A stretch of 38,875 nucleotides of DNA from a virus (lineage: Duplodnaviria > Caudoviricetes). The notes beneath the pieces were generated by a model that worked only from the letters and a program-made list of their open reading frames with translations, was not told where the DNA came from and did no database searches. The translations under genes and the position numbers were made by a program. Positions 33,200 to 38,875 of the stretch are shown here, piece after piece (position 1 is the first letter of the stretch; every line of letters begins with the position of its first letter). The DNA lies in IMG/VR virus record IMGVR_UViG_3300019874_000014, positions 1 through 38,875 of that record, one strand, 5' to 3'.

Positions 33200-34630
33200 A
33201 TGGGCGACTGGTACAATCCGTTCGACGACGAGAAAGGCCACGGTTTCAACGGGGGTACCGCCAGCACCGTGGCGAACATCGGTACCTTCGGTGGCTACGG
33301 AGTGGCCAAGCAGCTTGTCGGAGGCTCGACCCCGGCTTCGGCCGACCCGAACGCGCACGTGCTGGCGGGCGATCCGGCCTACGCCAAAAACACGTCGGAC
33401 ATGCTGTACAACACGGGCGCCGTAGGTCAGGGAAGGCAGGCTCCTGCGGCTGCTCAGACCTACGCGGCGACTACACCGTACCTGCAGGGCGTCACCACGG
33501 CACAGGGCAACGTGGGCACCGCGGCACAGGGCGTCGGGGGCGCAGCGGATCAGCTCGGACGTCAGGGGAACGTGTCGAATGCCATCGCCGGATCGCTCTA
33601 TCAGCAGGGACAGAGACTCGGCGAGGGGCAGGGCCTCGTGGGGAGAGCCGGCAATGGGCTCCTTGCTCTCGGGCAGATGCCGGCCGGGCCATCCGCTGCC
33701 GAGCTCGCGATGCGCGCACAGGGGCAGCAAGCGGTTCAGCAGCAGGCGGCACTTGCGGCCGGGGCACGCGGAGGAAACTCGGCGCTGGCGCTCCAGAACG
33801 CGGCGGCGAACTCCGCGTCGATCGGGGGCAACCTCGCGGGACAGGTCGGGATCCAGCGCGCGCAGGAGGACATGGCCAACCGGCAATTCTCGGCTAACGC
33901 GTTGTCTGGCGCGGCAAGCATCTTCGGGAACCAGAATCAGCAGGCCCTCGGGGCGACCCAGGCCGCGGGTGCCGGGGTTTCACAGGCCGGGCAGCTCTTC
34001 GGGGCGCAGGGGCAGACCTACGGCGCACAGGGTCAGCTCGGGCTCGGTCAGGGTCAGCTCGGACTCGGCGCGGCGAACGTGCTCACCAACCAAGGAACGG
34101 CGGCGGCGAATCTGTATCTGCAGAACCAGGGACAGAACGACGCCTACCAGCTGGGCATGCAGAACCAGGGCAATCAGCTCGTGCTCGGGCAGGGAAGCCT
34201 TAGCGCGGGCATGGACGCCGCGAACATGCAGGCGCAGGCGGCGGCAGAGGCCAACGATGCGGCTCTTCGTGGGCAAGTGATCGGTGCCGTAGGCGCGGCG
34301 GCGGCCCCGAAGTCCGACAAGCGCGCCAAGAAGAATATCAAGCCTGCTGGAGACGAGATCGACGAGCTGTTCCGGAACGCTCCGGGCTATTCGTACGAGT
34401 ACATCGAGCCGGATTCCCCGGGGGCGAAGCCGGGGCAGAACTTCGGCCCTATGGCGCAGGATCTCGAGAAGACGCGCGCGGGTGCTTCCGTGGTCGGGAC
34501 TGACGCGAACGGGGAGAAGCGCGTGGATACCGGGCGCCTCTCCCTGATGACCACGTCCGAGGTCGGCAAGCAGCGCGCGCAGATCGACGCCCTGGCGCGC
34601 GCGGTGTTCGGCAAAAAGCGAGCGGCGTAA
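33200..34630 (+). CDS. G/A/Q-rich ejection/pilot-type protein with C-terminal peptidase S74-like chaperone domain
   Basis: AAGGAG SD; SDKRAKKNI...YSYEY...GPMAQDLE...V......VD. Confidence 0.75.
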   Translation: MGDWYNPFDDEKGHGFNGGTASTVANIGTFGGYGVAKQLVGGSTPASADPNAHVLAGDPAYAKNTSDMLYNTGAVGQGRQAPAAAQTYAATTPYLQGVTTAQGNVGTAAQGVGGAADQLGRQGNVSNAIAGSLYQQGQRLGEGQGLVGRAGNGLLALGQMPAGPSAAELAMRAQGQQAVQQQAALAAGARGGNSALALQNAAANSASIGGNLAGQVGIQRAQEDMANRQFSANALSGAASIFGNQNQQALGATQAAGAGVSQAGQLFGAQGQTYGAQGQLGLGQGQLGLGAANVLTNQGTAAANLYLQNQGQNDAYQLGMQNQGNQLVLGQGSLSAGMDAANMQAQAAAEANDAALRGQVIGAVGAAAAPKSDKRAKKNIKPAGDEIDELFRNAPGYSYEYIEPDSPGAKPGQNFGPMAQDLEKTRAGASVVGTDANGEKRVDTGRLSLMTTSEVGKQRAQIDALARAVFGKKRAA

Positions 34631-36390
34631 TGCCTCAGCTCGCGCCGCCGCTTCCATTCACCGGCTACACCCCGAACGACTCGGGGCCAGGCTACTATTT
34701 TGAGAAGCCGGACGGCGGCAGCTACCTCGGATATGGAGATGAGGCCGAGGCTATGCGGGCGCGAATTGACGCGAATCGGCAACCCGACCAGCGGACGGCG
34801 CAGCTCGACCCGACGAGCATCATGGCCGGGAGCGGAGACATGCAGCCCCAGCCGCCCCCCGTGGCGACCGACGCGGGCGGCATGAGCCAAGGGCCGCAGA
34901 TGAGCGAGGCCCCGCCGGTCAGCATGCCCCAGGCCGCTCCCCCGGAACCCATCCGGCAGGGTGTCACGGTCGAGCCGCCACCTCAGCAGAGCCCGAGCGC
35001 GCCCATCCAGCCGCCCTCAGGGCAGCTTCCGACGCTTCAGGGGGCAGGTGGCGCCCCCGCGGGAGAAAAGCCCGCGGCGCCCGGCCTGGTCGTTCCCACG
35101 ATGAAGTACGTGGCGGGTCAGAGGGGCGGAGTCATCCCGGTGTCTCAGTCCGTCGCCACCGAGGGCGGGGTGCAGGACCCCGAGGCCCGAAAGGCCATGG
35201 TCGAGAACTTCCACGCGCAGGAGGACGCGCAGCGGAACCTCGCGTCCGTCCAGCAAGAGGCGGCCAAGGCGCAGATCGCCGGGCTCCAGGCGCAGCAGTC
35301 TGAGGCCGAGCGGCAGCACCTCCACGCGCAGATCGAGATCCAGAACGCACAGGCGCAGCAAACGCTCGTGAAGGACGAATTCGCCAAGCGAATGAACATC
35401 GCGCAGCACGAGTACGATACCCGCTCCAAGCGCGAGGTGGACCAGGAGCGGATCTTCAAGGGCAAGCCGGGCGCTAAGATGCAGGCGACGCTTGCGATTC
35501 TTCTCGGCGGCATCGGCGCGGGTCTATCCAAGTCGAACGTCAATCTCGGGCTGCAGCAGGTCAACGCGAACATCGACAACGACATTGCGGACCAGCGCGA
35601 CGAGATCCGGCGCGGCATCACGAGCGCCGGGAACGACCTATCCCGCATCCGGGACAAGTACGGCCTCGACACGGACGACGCGGCGGCGATTCTGAAACTC
35701 AATTACGCGCGCCGCACCGAGGCGCAGGCGGCGCAGCAGGCGGCCTATCTCGGCACGCAGCAGGCTCAGATCCAGCTCGCCTCGATCGCGCCGCAGTTCC
35801 AGAAGTGGCAGGCGGACGCGGCAGCCACGCTTCAGGCGAACCTCAACGGCAAAATCCGCGTGGTGCAGGACGCGCGGATTCAGCAGGCGACGCGCGGCGG
35901 CGTGCGGCCTCTTACCGACGACGAGCAGACGAAGGCGTACGAGAACGCCGCGAAGCGAGCGGAGGCGGAATACAAGGCGACGCACGGCGGCTCGGCGCCA
36001 CCGAAGGCCAAGGCCGAGGGGCCCGGCAAGCTCGGCCAGCGGATGGCGATGACCGAGGCGATCAACGAGTCCGCGCAGGAAGACCTAGCCCACTACGGGC
36101 AGATTCAGGGATTCGTGGCTCCCGCTGGCCCCGCCGGTCTTGCGACCGAGGCGCGCCGAACGCTGGACGCTCGCGCGGACGCGATTGCCGCTAAGATTAT
36201 CGCGGGATCCGGCGAGAACATGACCGAGGAGTCCATGCATGAGATGAAGGCGAAGCTCAAGTCTTCGATCCCGTCCGTGCGGGAAGCGGCACTTCGGGAG
36301 TACACCAGCGCAGCGAAGACGGTGCATCGGGCGTTCGAGCGGCAGCGCGGCGGCGTTACCGAGTCGAACTCATCCGGGAGTGAAGAGTAA
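34630..36390 (+). CDS. Putative internal virion/ejection protein
   Basis: TAATG overlap; Pro-rich N-part, A/Q helical body, one hydrophobic LAILLGGIGAGL segment. Confidence 0.6.
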   Translation: MPQLAPPLPFTGYTPNDSGPGYYFEKPDGGSYLGYGDEAEAMRARIDANRQPDQRTAQLDPTSIMAGSGDMQPQPPPVATDAGGMSQGPQMSEAPPVSMPQAAPPEPIRQGVTVEPPPQQSPSAPIQPPSGQLPTLQGAGGAPAGEKPAAPGLVVPTMKYVAGQRGGVIPVSQSVATEGGVQDPEARKAMVENFHAQEDAQRNLASVQQEAAKAQIAGLQAQQSEAERQHLHAQIEIQNAQAQQTLVKDEFAKRMNIAQHEYDTRSKREVDQERIFKGKPGAKMQATLAILLGGIGAGLSKSNVNLGLQQVNANIDNDIADQRDEIRRGITSAGNDLSRIRDKYGLDTDDAAAILKLNYARRTEAQAAQQAAYLGTQQAQIQLASIAPQFQKWQADAAATLQANLNGKIRVVQDARIQQATRGGVRPLTDDEQTKAYENAAKRAEAEYKATHGGSAPPKAKAEGPGKLGQRMAMTEAINESAQEDLAHYGQIQGFVAPAGPAGLATEARRTLDARADAIAAKIIAGSGENMTEESMHEMKAKLKSSIPSVREAALREYTSAAKTVHRAFERQRGGVTESNSSGSEE

Positions 36391-38875
36391 TGGCTGGCTG
36401 GGTCAAAGACCCGTCCAGCGGTCAGCCCGTCTACCAGGGGGACGACGGGCTCGTTCACCTGGCGGACGCCAACGGCAAGATCCAAACGGTCGCACCGGCG
36501 GATCTGCCGAAGCTGCTCGGCGGAAGCGAGTACGATCGCGAACTCCGTCCGGCGACTGCCGAGGAGCTGAACGCGCACCAGGCGCAGAAGAGCTGGGACG
36601 AGGCATCCCTTGGCACCAAGGCCGACTTCTACGCGCGCGAGGGCATCAAGGGAGCCGCAGACGCGGCGACGGCGGTCCCGCGGGCGGCCTTCGGCGCCGG
36701 CATGGCTGCCGCGAAAGCGCTGACCGGCTCGAGCGCTGAGGTCGAGAACCCGCTCGAGGCGCTCTCGGGTGAGCACCTCGTAGAAAAGCTCGACACGCTC
36801 ACCGGCGGCGAAGCGAACGCGCGCCAGGCCGCGGAGCAAGCGCGACAGTTCTCGGAGGTGGCGCCCGGCGGGAAGTTCGTTGCGAACGCTGCCGGCTTCG
36901 TTGCGGGTGGCGCGGCGCTCAAGGGGCTCGGGGCGGTCGGGGATGTCCTCGCCGGCTCTGAGCTCCTCGGGGGCGGAAGCAAGCTCGCGCGCGCCGGCTC
37001 GATGGCAGCCGAGGGCGCGGCGCAGGGATACGTTGCCGGCGCCGAAGACGCGTGGGTGAAGGATACGGAGTTCACGTCGGACGCGGCCGTTGCCTCGATG
37101 GGCATGGGCGCGGCGCTCGGCGGGGCACTCGGAGGAGCAGTCGAGGGCGGCAAGGCGCTCGGCGGCGCCATCAAGAACACCATCGCCGAGAAGGTCTTCG
37201 GGCGCGCCAAGATGCCGGCGGAGAGCGCCGAAGCCGTCACGAAGATGGCCGAGGATGTCATGGGCACGAAGCCGCCAGAGGGCTTTGCGAGCAAGTTCCG
37301 CGACGCCATGGACTACGTCCGGGATAAGGTCGAGACGGCGCAGAGTGTCGCAAGCGGCGTGGCGAAGGAAGATTTGGAGAAGTTCGGTGGCCTCCGTTGG
37401 GACGAGGACGCCATGAGCGGGCGCGAGGCGTTCGCGAACCGGACCGCGAACCGCGAGGCGGCATCGCGCGACCTGACCGAGGCACTCCAGACGATGCACA
37501 CCGAGGGGCGGACCATCATGGACGAAGTGTCCAGAGCCAACGGCAAGAAGCAGGAGAATATCGCTCATCTGCTCACCGGGGACGCGGACACTATGGCGCA
37601 AGCGGCTACCGGAAAAGCGGCAGCGATCGAGAATTCGATTTCTAAACTCGACGAGGTCATGGGGCGCGAAGGCGAATATTCCGCCATGGGGAGCAAAAAG
37701 TCAGTAGCGGACCTGCGCTACACAATGGAAAAAGCAGTAGACCGAGTGAACGGCGCATCAACCATCGAGGAATCCGTTAACTCGCTGGACGAGTTCAAGG
37801 CGAGGATGGATGCGGCTTACAAGAATGCGTCTCAGACCGTGCGCTCGGCCACCAGCGACGTGGCAAGAACTCAAGCCAAAGCGCGCGCCGAGTTCGCTAG
37901 AGGGCTAGCCGACGACATGCGCGGGTTCCTCGAGCGAGAAGACATATGGGGCAAGTTCGGGCCCGTGCAGAGGGAAACGAATCAGGCATACGCGCGCGTC
38001 CTGGAAAACGACAAATTCCTATCGTCCCATCTTCTCGAGAAGATTTCGGACGGCTACGGTGAGCCGACATATGTCATCGACCCGGCAAAGGTGGAGCGCT
38101 ACGTATCTGGACTCGGCACGACCAAGAGCCAGATCGTGGACGGTCTGCTCCGAGACAGCATCGCCGCACGGAAGGAACTATCGGAGAGCATCGTGAAGGG
38201 CTACGGCCTCGAGTCGCACGGTGGCGGACTCGCGAAGCTCACAGAGAGCGCCGACAAGGCTCAGGAGATTCTGAAGCAGGCCGACAAGAACATCGCCAGC
38301 GCCAACATCATCGAGGGCATGATGGGGACGGCCAGCTCTTCGCGCGAGGGGTCCCGCGGGGCGATCGTCGGCGGAGTTCTCGGTGGTCTCCCCGGTGCCG
38401 TTGCGGGCTTCGCGGCGGACACGCTCATGCATCCGGACAAGCTCATGATGCAAGCCGTGTCGCTCCGTGCCGCGGCGCTCAAGATGGGCAAGACCATCGA
38501 CAGCAGCGTTAAGGCACTCATGACCGGCACGTCGGCGGCAGCTCGAGCGGCCGCGAAGGTCGGCGAAGCGGGCGGAGTCGTCCGGCGAGCAGCGATCCGA
38601 GAGAACGTCTCCGCTAAGGACCAGACACAGAAGTACGACCGAATCACGAAGGGCCTCGTTGCTTCCGTTGCGGACCCGGTCGGCACCGCACAGCACATCG
38701 GTGACTCGATGGGAGCCATCAGCCACTCGACCGTTCGCGATATGATGATTTCGTCGTCGATGCGAGCGGCCAACTTCCTCAACTCCAAGATCCCGCAGCC
38801 GGTATTCGCCGGAACGCCGCTCACGCCCAACCAGCTCATGAGCGTTGCGCCCGCCGAGAAGGCTCGGTTCTTACG
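36390..38875 (+). CDS. Large putative ejection (DNA transfer) protein, 3' truncated (not in ORF track)
   Basis: TAATG overlap; MAGWVKDPSSGQPVYQGDDG...; G/A-rich glycine-zipper segments; no stop noticed to window end. Confidence 0.7.
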   Translation, partial: MAGWVKDPSSGQPVYQGDDGLVHLADANGKIQTVAPADLPKLLGGSEYDRELRPATAEELNAHQAQKSWDEASLGTKADFYAREGIKGAADAATAVPRAAFGAGMAAAKALTGSSAEVENPLEALSGEHLVEKLDTLTGGEANARQAAEQARQFSEVAPGGKFVANAAGFVAGGAALKGLGAVGDVLAGSELLGGGSKLARAGSMAAEGAAQGYVAGAEDAWVKDTEFTSDAAVASMGMGAALGGALGGAVEGGKALGGAIKNTIAEKVFGRAKMPAESAEAVTKMAEDVMGTKPPEGFASKFRDAMDYVRDKVETAQSVASGVAKEDLEKFGGLRWDEDAMSGREAFANRTANREAASRDLTEALQTMHTEGRTIMDEVSRANGKKQENIAHLLTGDADTMAQAATGKAAAIENSISKLDEVMGREGEYSAMGSKKSVADLRYTMEKAVDRVNGASTIEESVNSLDEFKARMDAAYKNASQTVRSATSDVARTQAKARAEFARGLADDMRGFLEREDIWGKFGPVQRETNQAYARVLENDKFLSSHLLEKISDGYGEPTYVIDPAKVERYVSGLGTTKSQIVDGLLRDSIAARKELSESIVKGYGLESHGGGLAKLTESADKAQEILKQADKNIASANIIEGMMGTASSSREGSRGAIVGGVLGGLPGAVAGFAADTLMHPDKLMMQAVSLRAAALKMGKTIDSSVKALMTGTSAAARAAAKVGEAGGVVRRAAIRENVSAKDQTQKYDRITKGLVASVADPVGTAQHIGDSMGAISHSTVRDMMISSSMRAANFLNSKIPQPVFAGTPLTPNQLMSVAPAEKARFL

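Larger units (their letters stand above)
1..38875. mobile_element. Tailed dsDNA phage or prophage, podovirus-like gene order; incomplete at both window edges
   Basis: TerL-portal-scaffold-capsid-adaptor-nozzle-ejection order, endolysin, replication initiator, dense ATGA/GTGA-coupled genes, no tape measure or sheath recognised, no host housekeeping genes. Confidence 0.93.

Noticed and set aside
23477-37601. Long antisense/alternate-frame ORFs (e.g. 23477..24784, 26546..27619, 36105..37601)
   Set aside because: Shadow ORFs expected in high-GC DNA; they overlap well-supported structural genes and show no motifs
1-38875. Diversity-generating retroelement, retron, tRNA or integrase
   Set aside because: No reverse transcriptase motifs, TR/VR pair, cloverleaf or recombinase catalytic motifs noticed by eye; an automated scan could still find short RNAs

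Overview
This window is a GC-rich (roughly two-thirds G+C by eye) tailed-phage genome segment, probably most of a short-tailed (podovirus-like) phage or prophage, cut inside genes at both ends. From left to right: the end of a tail fibre/LamG-like gene and a lysis cassette with an M15 peptidase endolysin (1-2.7 kb, +); a leftward early operon of small accessory genes ending upstream in a PolI-type 5'-3' exonuclease fused to a RecT-like annealase and an HNH nuclease (2.7-9.0 kb, -); a divergent AT-rich switch with an inverted repeat; a rightward run of small DNA-binding proteins (2 XRE, stand-alone sigma-4, stand-alone DnaA domain IV), a replication initiator with internal iterons and a sigma-4-type regulator (9.1-11.8 kb); a GroES homologue and a ~8 kb glycan-synthesis island (GT2-TPR-GT4, UDP-glucuronate decarboxylase, GT4, FkbM methyltransferase, B12-radical SAM) directly before terminase (13.7-21.6 kb); then TerL, portal, scaffold, capsid, adaptor, nozzle and ejection-type proteins (21.6-38.9 kb). 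I see no integrase, DNA polymerase, tRNA, CRISPR or reverse transcriptase. The best novelty candidates are the single-chain exonuclease-annealase and the glycosylation/methylation island. All calls come from motif recognition by eye; no searches were run.
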